Source: Thermodesulfobacteriota bacterium (GTDB lineage: Bacteria > Desulfobacterota_D > UBA1144 > Nemesobacterales > Nemesobacteraceae). Taken from it: a DNA stretch of 64,000 nt. The position numbers and the translations under genes were made by a program. The notes beneath the pieces were generated by a model. That model had not been told where the DNA came from. It worked only from the letters and a program-made list of their open reading frames with translations, and made no database searches. Where the stretch lies: contig OZ241855.1 of the NCBI GenBank assembly GCA_965202785.1, positions 1,248,001 to 1,312,000 of the forward strand, given 5' to 3'. Shown piece by piece: positions 9,910 through 18,111 of this stretch (the first letter of the stretch is position 1; the number at the start of each line of letters is the position of its first letter).

Positions 9910-10935
9910 ATGAAATTCGGCATTGGTTATTACAGTCTTCAATCACCCTCTCACCATCCAAGACCACATAGTGAACTGTACAGCGAAATGCTGGCTGAAG
10001 TGGAGATGGCGGATCAGATGGGGTTTGACTCCGTATGGCTGACGGAGCATCACTTCCTGGACGATGGTTACTGTCCCTCAATGCTTATAGCCGCTTCGGC
10101 AATCGCCGCCAGGACTAAAAATATCCGTATAGGTACAGGTGTGTTGCTGATACCCCTTCATGACCCGATCCGAATAGCGGAAGATGCTTCCGTTGTTGAT
10201 CTCATTTCCGGCGGAAGATTTATACTGGGACTGGGACTGGGTTACAGAAAAGAAGAGTTTGATGGATTCGGCAGGCAGTTAAAGCAGCGCAGGGGCAGGA
10301 TTGAAGAAAGCCTTGAGATACTGAACAAGAGCTGGAGTGATGATCCGTTCAGTTTTGATGGAAAATATTACCAGGTAGAGAATTTGAATGTAACTCCCAA
10401 ACCCGTTCAACAGCCAATACCCATATGGATCGGTGCTTTCACAGAACCCGCCATAAGGAGAGCAGCTCGGATTGGTGCTCCACTTTACGTTCCGGCAATC
10501 GGCGTAATACCGATTATCAAATACCTTTTTGATATGCATTCATCTTTCTTGAAGGAATATGGCAAAGACCCCGACGAAGTTGAAAAGCCAGTTGTCAGAG
10601 AAATTTATATTTCCGACAAAAAAGCCGATGATGCTTGGGAGGATATAAAGGAGCACGTTACTTATACGGCCAAGGGATATGCTTCATGGGGTTCAATGGT
10701 GGATACTGAGGGCAACTTGCTGAGTGATCCGTCAGATCCGATCTTGTATGACCTTGCAAGGCAGCAGTCAATTATAGGAACCCCCGAAGAATGTGTTGAG
10801 ACTATCATGAATTACCGGGAAAGCTTACCTATAGACAACCTGATATGTAGATTTAAATTCCCGGGTATTTCGCATGAAGAAGCAGTAAGGTCAATGAAGT
10901 TGTTTGTGGACAAGGTGCTGCCTGAAGTAGGATAG
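9910..10935 (+). CDS. LLM-class (luciferase-like) flavin-dependent oxidoreductase
   Basis: GFDSVWLTEHHF, AARTKNIRIGTGV, RIAED..VDLISGGR, PKPVQQPIPIW motifs; lower GC than backbone. Confidence 0.92.
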   Translation: MKFGIGYYSLQSPSHHPRPHSELYSEMLAEVEMADQMGFDSVWLTEHHFLDDGYCPSMLIAASAIAARTKNIRIGTGVLLIPLHDPIRIAEDASVVDLISGGRFILGLGLGYRKEEFDGFGRQLKQRRGRIEESLEILNKSWSDDPFSFDGKYYQVENLNVTPKPVQQPIPIWIGAFTEPAIRRAARIGAPLYVPAIGVIPIIKYLFDMHSSFLKEYGKDPDEVEKPVVREIYISDKKADDAWEDIKEHVTYTAKGYASWGSMVDTEGNLLSDPSDPILYDLARQQSIIGTPEECVETIMNYRESLPIDNLICRFKFPGISHEEAVRSMKLFVDKVLPEVG

Positions 10936-11092
10936 CTCGGCTGTTTCTCAAGCTATATTTTTATGTTTTCCATCTCAGCAAGTGTCAGGCTGAGCTATGT
11001 CAAAACCTTGGATCTGCCCAAGAGTGATTGGGTTATTGTTTTCGGTTTCGGTATCTATACGACCGCGCTGGAAACAAAGGTAGCGTGCGGCG

Positions 11093-12340
11093 TCAGCGGA
11101 AGACTTTTGAGAAGTACTCCCTGAATTCGCCGTTGCTAAGGCTGGTCTGTCCAGAGAGTTCTTTAAGGATCGCGGGCGTTTCGATATCCTCGCGTCTTAA
11201 CTTGATCATGTATTTCTGCGAAACCTCGTAGGCTTCGGTGTTCCTGTCCATATATCTCACTTTAATGCTGTTTGTCTTTTTATCTATTAGTTCCTGAAAC
11301 GGGATCGCCTGTATTTTCCCCGTTCTTACGTATACAAGAGCTCCGCCTCCCTCTCCGCCGAGCAGGTACTTTACGGCACAGTAGCCGAGCTTTCGTGTAT
11401 AATCGACGTCAAATGGAATCGGATTGGCCGAGCGCATTTCATAGCCAAGCCTCTTGTGCACCAGTTCCGCTTCGACTCCTTTTTCGGACAGTTTTTCGCC
11501 AAGAGCTTTTTTCAGAAGCTGACCGAAATTAACGTCAACGTATCTTATTCTTCCCATGCCGTCCTTGTCCATGAGTCCCAGGTCAACGGGATCTATCTTG
11601 TCAAGCATCCCTTCGGCGAGTATGGCTACTCCGTACTCCCTCCCCATGCTCATTCTTTTTATTATGGAACCCTCGAGAATGGCTACGACCTTCTCAAGCG
11701 GCACTTTTTCCTCTTCGAAATCCTCGGGGATTATCGTTATTGTGGCCCCTGAAGACTGCCCGATTCCAAGAGCCAGGTGACCCGTTCTCCTGCCCATGGT
11801 TATAACCAGAAACCATCTGCCCGTAGTTCTCGCCTCTTCCATTATGTTATTCATTATCTTCGCCCCGACGTCCCTTGCGGTTTCGAATCCGAAGGTTGAT
11901 ATATAGTCGGGAAGGGCGATATTGTTGTCTATTGTTTTGGGCAGGTGCGCTATTTTTAACCTTCCCCCGAAGTGTTCGTAAAGCGTTTTTGCGAGAAACA
12001 TTGTTCCGTCGCCGCCTATGGTTATCAGACTGCCTATGCCGAGTTTTTCAATCGAGGAAACCGTGTTTTTAAAGGTCTGCTCAGTTGCGAGGGGGTTTTG
12101 TCTTGATATTCCGATAATAGAACCGCCGGTTGTATGAATCCTTGAAGTGTTCTGGATATCAAGATTCAGGACTTTCGAGGTGTCTCCCATGGAGATCCAC
12201 TTAAACCCGTCGAGAATTCCAATTATCTTCTTCCCCCTGTTTTTGGCCTCGATAGTGGCCGAGCTTATCACGCCGTTTATCCCGGGGGCGGGTCCTCCGG
12301 CCGCTATTATTCCCAGATTATCCATTTTCCTGCTAGTCAT
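11093..12340 (-). CDS. pfkA: 6-phosphofructokinase (PfkA superfamily)
   Basis: GGPAPGIN, IGGDGT, PKTIDN, MGRRTGHLAL, LGYEMR motifs. Confidence 0.88.
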   Translation of the reverse strand: MTSRKMDNLGIIAAGGPAPGINGVISSATIEAKNRGKKIIGILDGFKWISMGDTSKVLNLDIQNTSRIHTTGGSIIGISRQNPLATEQTFKNTVSSIEKLGIGSLITIGGDGTMFLAKTLYEHFGGRLKIAHLPKTIDNNIALPDYISTFGFETARDVGAKIMNNIMEEARTTGRWFLVITMGRRTGHLALGIGQSSGATITIIPEDFEEEKVPLEKVVAILEGSIIKRMSMGREYGVAILAEGMLDKIDPVDLGLMDKDGMGRIRYVDVNFGQLLKKALGEKLSEKGVEAELVHKRLGYEMRSANPIPFDVDYTRKLGYCAVKYLLGGEGGGALVYVRTGKIQAIPFQELIDKKTNSIKVRYMDRNTEAYEVSQKYMIKLRREDIETPAILKELSGQTSLSNGEFREYFSKVFR

Positions 12341-13049
12341 TTTCTCCGTACCACCCCGTTCCGTAACCGGCTTTGTATTTCTTACTTCGGTATCCCCGCG
12401 TGTAAAGAAAACTCCCTCCGGTTATGGCTCCGCAGGCAAATCCCGACATGTGCGCCCACAGACCCTCGGTTCCTGCGTCACCAATATAGCCGATTCCGGT
12501 CAGAAACTGAACGGCAAACCAGAAAATTATGAAAAGATAAGCCCTTATGCGCACGAAGTAGACAAACACCAGGACTATGAAAAGCGTAAGAATCCTTGAT
12601 CTTGGGAAAAAGAGCATGTATGCGCCCAAGACTCCGGAAATCGCCCCGCTTGCTCCTATTACCGGAATTGCTGAGTGGGAGTTTAAAGCCACCTGGATGA
12701 ATACGGCTATCAGTCCGCACACGAGATAGAAAAGCAGGTATCTGGCGTGCCCTAGCAGGTCCTCGATCGCGTTTCCGAATATGTAGAGAAAAACCAGGTT
12801 CCCGGCCAAGTGAAGCCAGTTTTCATGGATGAACATGGAACTGAAATATTTTGCCGTCCTGCCAAGAAATCCGTAGGCTTCAAGAGCGGTTATCTTGCTG
12901 GGCAAAATACCGTGCGTCTGGTAGAACATCTCAAGCGCCTCCCCTGTCAGAGAAAGGGTATACGCGAAAACCAACGCGTTTGCGGCGAGAAGCGCGTAAT
13001 TCACATAGGGGACGATTTCGGTTTTTATTGTGCTTCTAATCGGTATCAT
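12333..13049 (-). CDS. Rhomboid intramembrane serine protease
   Basis: MFIH..WLHLAGN, GASGAISG catalytic Ser and WAHMSGF catalytic His. Confidence 0.93.
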   Translation of the reverse strand: MIPIRSTIKTEIVPYVNYALLAANALVFAYTLSLTGEALEMFYQTHGILPSKITALEAYGFLGRTAKYFSSMFIHENWLHLAGNLVFLYIFGNAIEDLLGHARYLLFYLVCGLIAVFIQVALNSHSAIPVIGASGAISGVLGAYMLFFPRSRILTLFIVLVFVYFVRIRAYLFIIFWFAVQFLTGIGYIGDAGTEGLWAHMSGFACGAITGGSFLYTRGYRSKKYKAGYGTGWYGEND

Positions 13050-13136
13050 TATGACAATTATACTTAAGGCAGTTCCGGGAGTTAGGGTAAATTGCGAAAA
13101 CGCCGCACGGATGTTCTGACAAGGATAAGAACGGAC

Positions 13137-13595
13137 ATGGAAAAGATGTTCCGCGAGGCCACTTGCCTCTTGGTAAACGTCAGGGTATTTGACTCCGCCT
13201 CGAGCGGCGACCTCGGGATTCCCGAGAACTTGTCTCCGCCCGAGCTTCTTCGGGAATTTCGTTCGCTTGGAGCGGAGATCGTCTTTTACGGTTCCGGTGG
13301 CGGAGACTTTCCCTCAACAAGCGGGTTCGGGGACCTGATCGAAGAAAACGGTCACCGCATAACCGATGATCGCGCTTACCTTCTCGACAGGGCGGGGGAA
13401 AAGGACTGCGTGCTGCTGGGTTCTGAGCTCTCCGACATTGATTTTTTTCTCCCCGGGGTTTTTTCCGTAGTGCCAAGTTCCGCTCCGCTTGACCTCAAGA
13501 CGGTTTCGAGCTACGTATCGAACTTCGATGGAGAAACGGTTTTTACGGAGCTTGGGAACCTGATCGTTAACTCAAAAAGGGGAGACCGGGGGTAG
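13137..13595 (+). CDS. Hypothetical protein, degenerate KdsC/HAD-like
   Basis: C-terminus SAPLDLKTVSSYVSNFDGETVFTELGNLIV resembles the KdsC tail; no DxD motif; directly upstream of queG. Confidence 0.5.
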   Translation: MEKMFREATCLLVNVRVFDSASSGDLGIPENLSPPELLREFRSLGAEIVFYGSGGGDFPSTSGFGDLIEENGHRITDDRAYLLDRAGEKDCVLLGSELSDIDFFLPGVFSVVPSSAPLDLKTVSSYVSNFDGETVFTELGNLIVNSKRGDRG

Positions 13596-13601
13596 GTTTT
13601 T

Positions 13602-14732
13602 ATGAAAGAGACTACGCGGCTCTCGATGCTTATAAAGAACCGTGCGCTTGCCCTGGGCTTTGACCTTGTGGGAATAAGCCCGGCCGAGAGTCATTACGCG
13701 GAAGCGGATTTTTTTGAGCGCTGGCTCGGGCAGGGTTACGCGGGGGAGATGAACTATCTTGAGAGAGGGCTTCTTAAGAGAAAGGAAGTTGAGAGGGTTC
13801 TCCCCGGCGCCAAGTCGGTCGTCTCCTGCGCCGTTAACTACAATACGGAGAATCCACTCTCGACGGAAGCTTCGGGTGGCGGATGGATATCGAGGTACGC
13901 CTGGGGAGACGATTACCACGACGTAATGGGAGAAATGCTCGGCGGGCTTGCGGACTACATAACGGGTCTTTTTCCCGAGGAAGCCGGCATCAGGGCTTAC
14001 GTGGATACGGGGCCGGTTCTTGAGAAAGTGCATGCGAGCCGCTCGGGAATAGGGTGGGTGGGTAAAAACACCTGTCTTATAAACCAGAGGGTCGGTTCTT
14101 GGCTTTTTCTTGGAGAGGTGATAACCGATATCGAGCTTGACTACGACTCGGCGGCTGAGGACCGCTGCGGCACCTGCACCAGGTGCATAGACGCCTGTCC
14201 AACCGATGCCATAGTGGAACCTTACGTGCTTGACGCCAGGAAATGCATCTCCTATCTCACGATAGAGCTTAAGGGGAAAATGCCGCTTGAACTGAGGGAA
14301 GGAGTGGAAAACAATGTTTTCGGATGCGATGTGTGTCAGGACGTGTGTCCGTGGAACCGCGACGCTCTTTTTACTCTCAAAGAAAGCTTCAGGCCACGTG
14401 AAAAACTGCTCAGTCCCGATTTCAAATGGCTTCTCGAGCTTGACGGGGACGGTTTCCGGGAGGTCTTCAGAAAGAGTCCGGTCAAGAGGGCCAAGCGCAG
14501 GGGTTTCATGAGAAATGTGCTCGTGGCTGTTGGAAATTCGGGAAATAAGGAGTATATAAAATACGCAAGGAGCCTTCTCGGAGATGATGAACCGATCGTA
14601 AGGGCTCACGCGGTCTGGGCGCTCTGGAGGCTTGGCGGAGAGGATTGCCGGGGGGAGCTTGAGTACCTGCTTGAGACCGAAACCGCCGGGGAAGTGCTGG
14701 AAGAAATTCACCATGCTGTTGGTTCCCCGTGA
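13602..14732 (+). CDS. queG: tRNA epoxyqueuosine(34) reductase
   Basis: ISRYAWGDDYH, VDTGPVLEK, CGTCTRCIDACPT, CISYLTIE, GCDVCQDVCPWN; C-terminal HEAT-like repeat. Confidence 0.96.
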   Translation: MKETTRLSMLIKNRALALGFDLVGISPAESHYAEADFFERWLGQGYAGEMNYLERGLLKRKEVERVLPGAKSVVSCAVNYNTENPLSTEASGGGWISRYAWGDDYHDVMGEMLGGLADYITGLFPEEAGIRAYVDTGPVLEKVHASRSGIGWVGKNTCLINQRVGSWLFLGEVITDIELDYDSAAEDRCGTCTRCIDACPTDAIVEPYVLDARKCISYLTIELKGKMPLELREGVENNVFGCDVCQDVCPWNRDALFTLKESFRPREKLLSPDFKWLLELDGDGFREVFRKSPVKRAKRRGFMRNVLVAVGNSGNKEYIKYARSLLGDDEPIVRAHAVWALWRLGGEDCRGELEYLLETETAGEVLEEIHHAVGSP

Positions 14733-14750
14733 AACTGAGGTTTGTTTCTC

Positions 14751-15173
14751 ATGAGTTACGAAAAAGACGAAATAATAAAGGCGAACAGAAAATTCTACGA
14801 CGCTCGTAATCGCTACGATGTCGAGCTCATAGAGCAGGTCTGGCTTACTGATGGCAGAGCCAAATGCGTTCACGCGGGCTGGCCGATAATTCTCGGATGG
14901 GAAGCGATAAGGGAGAGCTGGAAGACCATTTTCGAGACGGGTGGATTTGACCGCGTTGATGTTTCGAATTTCTTTGTTGATGTGAAGGGAAATTCTGCCT
15001 GGCTTAACTGCGTTGAGAGAGCGACTTACTCAATAGACGATCGCAGGGTTGTGGTGCTGGCCCAGGCGACCAACATATTCGAGCTTGCCGAAGGAGAGTG
15101 GAAAATGGCGCTTCACCACGCCTCCCTGATGCCTATTCCTCGCAAGGAGATTGATTACGAGAATCTTCAGTAA
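14751..15173 (+). CDS. SnoaL/NTF2-like domain protein
   Basis: ANRKFYDA, CVHAGW..GWEAIRESW, ATNIF...WKMALHHAS motifs. Confidence 0.85.
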   Translation: MSYEKDEIIKANRKFYDARNRYDVELIEQVWLTDGRAKCVHAGWPIILGWEAIRESWKTIFETGGFDRVDVSNFFVDVKGNSAWLNCVERATYSIDDRRVVVLAQATNIFELAEGEWKMALHHASLMPIPRKEIDYENLQ

Positions 15174-16170
15174 GGAGACTGAGTCTCTCCCCGATTAAGT
15201 AGACCAGCTGCTGGCAACCTTCTCCCGTGACCGCGGATATGCTGAAGGTTTCGATATCCCTTTCTTTAAACTGCCTTGTTGTCTCTGCGCCTCTGTCCCT
15301 GGCTTCGACGATGTCGATTTTGTTGAGAACGACCAGTTGAGGCTTTTCGGCAAGCTTCGCCGAGTACTCACTTAGCTCCGAGTTGATCTTGTCAAAATCT
15401 TCTACGGGATCCCTCCCCGAAATCGGGTCAAGATCAAGCATGTGAACCAGAAGGCGGGTTCTCTCCACGTGTTTTAGAAACTGACTGCCAAGCCCAAGTC
15501 CCTTGTGGGCTCCCTCGATGATCCCGGGGATGTCTGCGATCACGAAAGACTGGTGGTCTCCGTAGCTTACTACCCCGAGATTGGGAACGAGGGTGGTGAA
15601 AGGATAGCCGGAGATTTTGGGTCTCGCGGCCGAGATCTTCGATATGAGGGTTGATTTTCCAGCGTTTGGAAACCCGAGGATGCCGACGTCGGCAAGCACC
15701 TTGAGTTCAAGTTTTACTTCCCTTCGCACTCCGGGGCGCCCGCTCTCTACTTGTCTCGGCGCCCGGTTAGTCGCCGATACGAACCTTGAGTTTCCCCTGC
15801 CCCCGCCTCCTCCCTTGGCTACGGTAAAGCGCTCACCATTCTTGGTCAGGTCCGCAAGCGTCTCCCCGTCTTCAAAGGAAGTTATCACGGTTCCCGCAGG
15901 AACGGGGATGATTAGATCGGAACCCGATTTTCCATGCTGGTCCTTGCCCCTTCCGGGCTGGCCGTTTTGGGCTTTGTATTCTTTTTTGTACCTGTAGTCA
16001 AGAAGCGAGGACATATTTGCGTCCGCGACTACCACCACGTCTCCCCCCTTGCCGCCGTCGCCGCCGTTGGGACCTCCCTTGGGAACAAACTTCTCCCTTC
16101 TGAAACTGAGGCATCCGTCGCCGCCGTTACCTGATATAACGGTTATTTTCGCCTCGTCTATGAATTGCAT
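15133..16170 (+). other. Note: SnoaL-like gene and obgE converge with a 41-nt 3' overlap (15133-15173)
   Basis: Stop positions 15173 (+) and 15133 (-) from the ORF track. Confidence 0.6.
15133..16170 (-). CDS. obgE: GTPase ObgE/CgtA
   Basis: FRREKFVPKGGPNGGDGG, GFPNAGKST, YPFTT, DIPG, NKID motifs. Confidence 0.97.
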   Translation of the reverse strand: MQFIDEAKITVISGNGGDGCLSFRREKFVPKGGPNGGDGGKGGDVVVVADANMSSLLDYRYKKEYKAQNGQPGRGKDQHGKSGSDLIIPVPAGTVITSFEDGETLADLTKNGERFTVAKGGGGGRGNSRFVSATNRAPRQVESGRPGVRREVKLELKVLADVGILGFPNAGKSTLISKISAARPKISGYPFTTLVPNLGVVSYGDHQSFVIADIPGIIEGAHKGLGLGSQFLKHVERTRLLVHMLDLDPISGRDPVEDFDKINSELSEYSAKLAEKPQLVVLNKIDIVEARDRGAETTRQFKERDIETFSISAVTGEGCQQLVYLIGERLSLLTEDSRNQSPCEE

Positions 16171-16262
16171 TTTGGTTTGGGCGGGTGAGAATCATCTTGC
16201 TGTGGCTTCGGTCTTGCGGATGGTCTGGATGTTTTTCGGACGACCCCCTCCGGGGCGAAGCC

Positions 16263-16685
16263 CTAAAGCTGTTTTTGATGCTCCGCTATGTCCTTTTTTA
16301 CGTTTCCCGTTATACCTTCCCAGTATCTCCACCAGTAGGAATCCGGTTCGTGGTTTGCCTTCTGCTGTTCGGCCCAGATGAGAACCTGCATGTGGTCTCC
16401 GTGATATAGCACCAGCTTCTTCGCGGCGTCGGCAACTTCTTCATCGTTTATCGGAAGCTTGTTGAGCTCCCCGTCAAAAACGGCCTTTATCTCTTTTATA
16501 TAGGGCGCGGCGGCACTTGAAATCTCCTTGATTTTCTCAGCCGGGGTTGCAACATCTCCCGGAAAAGATTCCTTTATGTTTTTCATGAGATCTACGAAGT
16601 CAAGAAGATTATCAAGAGAGTCCTGCGCCTTCTTCACTTCCTTAAGACATTGCGTTAGTTCCTTTACGTTTGTGTTTAAAGACAT
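16263..16685 (-). CDS. Hypothetical protein (predicted helical)
   Basis: 140-aa ORF with SD AGGAGG upstream and backbone-like codon usage; no motif recognised. Confidence 0.7.
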   Translation of the reverse strand: MSLNTNVKELTQCLKEVKKAQDSLDNLLDFVDLMKNIKESFPGDVATPAEKIKEISSAAAPYIKEIKAVFDGELNKLPINDEEVADAAKKLVLYHGDHMQVLIWAEQQKANHEPDSYWWRYWEGITGNVKKDIAEHQKQL

Positions 16686-16812
16686 TAACCCGCCTCCTTG
16701 ATTGCAATCATGCCCCGCCCGGGGACAGTTCTGATTCTACCACTAGATAACGCAAAAACCCAGAATATTTTCACAGTCTGCTTCTTGGTTATCGATGAAA
16801 GAGCCGCGTAAT

Positions 16813-16992
16813 GCTTCTCACACAGCAAGGAGCCATAAAACATATGGCTAGATGCACCCTTATCCTCCGCTCCGTCCAGTGGAAAACCAGCCTTAGCTTC
16901 AAATCATGCCTAGTTATCCGGAAACTCTCTTCCACCTCTCACAAACCCCGGTAATGAGATATAAGCTCCCCCGCCCCTCTCTCCCAATCGTT
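16813..16992 (-). mobile_element. IS1634-family transposase remnant
   Basis: Manual translation gives NDWERGAGELISHYRGL*EVEESFRITRHDLKLRLVFHWTERRIRVHLAICFMA. This matches the IS1634 Y-x-x-L-W-x-V-E-x-S-F-R...RP.FHW..RI..H..ICF motif, with W changed to a stop at 16939-16941. Confidence 0.8.
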
Positions 16993-17109
16993 TCCCGGAT
17001 GTTCACCTTGGTGGAAGCCTGCGAGCTGACCCCGCCTAGGCGCAACCCGCGCATCGTAACGCTGCTACAGGACGCGTAGTGCAGGGAAAGGGCAGATACG
17101 TTGTACGGG

Positions 17110-18111
17110 TTAACTTGGTTTGCGCGCCTTGTGGTAGTACATGGGCGTAAATATCCCCAGACGTCCCGCGTCCACAAGGCTGTCGGCCGCGATATTGAGA
17201 ACTTTATGTACCTCGGATGACCCCTTGGGTACGGCGCGTAAGCTTTCCAGAACGCTCAGGGCCGTCGAGGTAATTTTGCGGCCAAGGGCCGTTCTCGGCA
17301 AACTCCTCAGATTCAGGCTGCTGCCTTCCAGCGGTCTATACCACGGCGTCTTGGGGTCGGCGTCCAGGGCGCGGTCATGCGCCTCGACAAGTTCGAAACC
17401 GACTGCCCGCAGACTGTCGTCTACCTCCGTGAATGAGGCGATTTCGGGAAGAGCGTTGCCATATTCGATTCCTTTCTTGAGTTCCCGATGCTCAGGGTTT
17501 GCGCCGTCGTAAAGCGGGGTCATGCACCAGTCGTAGCCGGCGAAGACCCCACCGGGGCGCAATACGCGGAATATCTCGGCATAGGCGGCGGCTTTATCGG
17601 GCGCATGAGGCATGGCCTCGATATGGTAGGCCGCGTCGAAGCTTCCGTCTTCCGCCGGTATATTCAGGAAATCGCCGTGCAGGACGCCGCAGAGATCGTC
17701 CAGGCCAGCCTTGCTGTTATACGCAGAGCACTTCCCGAGCTGATATTCGTTGATGTTTAGGCCCACGATCGAAGCGCCGAACTTTTTTGCCAGGGCCCGC
17801 TGGGGTCCGCCCACTCCGCATCCGGCATCCAGCACCTTCATGCCCGGTCTCAATCCAATGGCTTCGCCCAGAAAATTCTGATGGCCGGCAATGGATTCCT
17901 CGAAAGACTCCCCCACCTTCATCGGTGCGAAGTGAAACGACTGTCCCCATCCATACTCGTAAAAGTCGGTAATGAGGTCGTAAAACGCCGTCACCATGCG
18001 GGCGTACTCTTTCTTGCCCTGGCCCTGGCTTCTGCGGTACTTCGACAGCGTCTCCGCCGTGTCCTCCGGCCGAATTGCCTTAGAGATTGGGTTATGGAAG
18101 TCAGCCGCCAC
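17110..18111 (-). CDS. Sterol C-24 methyltransferase (SMT/ERG6 family)
   Basis: All four SMT regions: YEYGWGQSFHF, LDAGCGVGGP, IEAMPHAP, YDW; C-terminal GIFTPMY..ARKP. Likely start GTG 18111 (SD GAGGGAG); ORF track start TTG 18126. Confidence 0.93.
   Translation of the reverse strand: MAADFHNPISKAIRPEDTAETLSKYRRSQGQGKKEYARMVTAFYDLITDFYEYGWGQSFHFAPMKVGESFEESIAGHQNFLGEAIGLRPGMKVLDAGCGVGGPQRALAKKFGASIVGLNINEYQLGKCSAYNSKAGLDDLCGVLHGDFLNIPAEDGSFDAAYHIEAMPHAPDKAAAYAEIFRVLRPGGVFAGYDWCMTPLYDGANPEHRELKKGIEYGNALPEIASFTEVDDSLRAVGFELVEAHDRALDADPKTPWYRPLEGSSLNLRSLPRTALGRKITSTALSVLESLRAVPKGSSEVHKVLNIAADSLVDAGRLGIFTPMYYHKARKPS

Noticed and set aside
13572-14873. 433-aa antisense ORF, and similar long shadows at 5491-6285, 31536-32489, 51003-51752 and 57660-58499
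   Set aside because: They lie opposite well-conserved genes and carry no recognisable motifs; these are codon-bias shadows.
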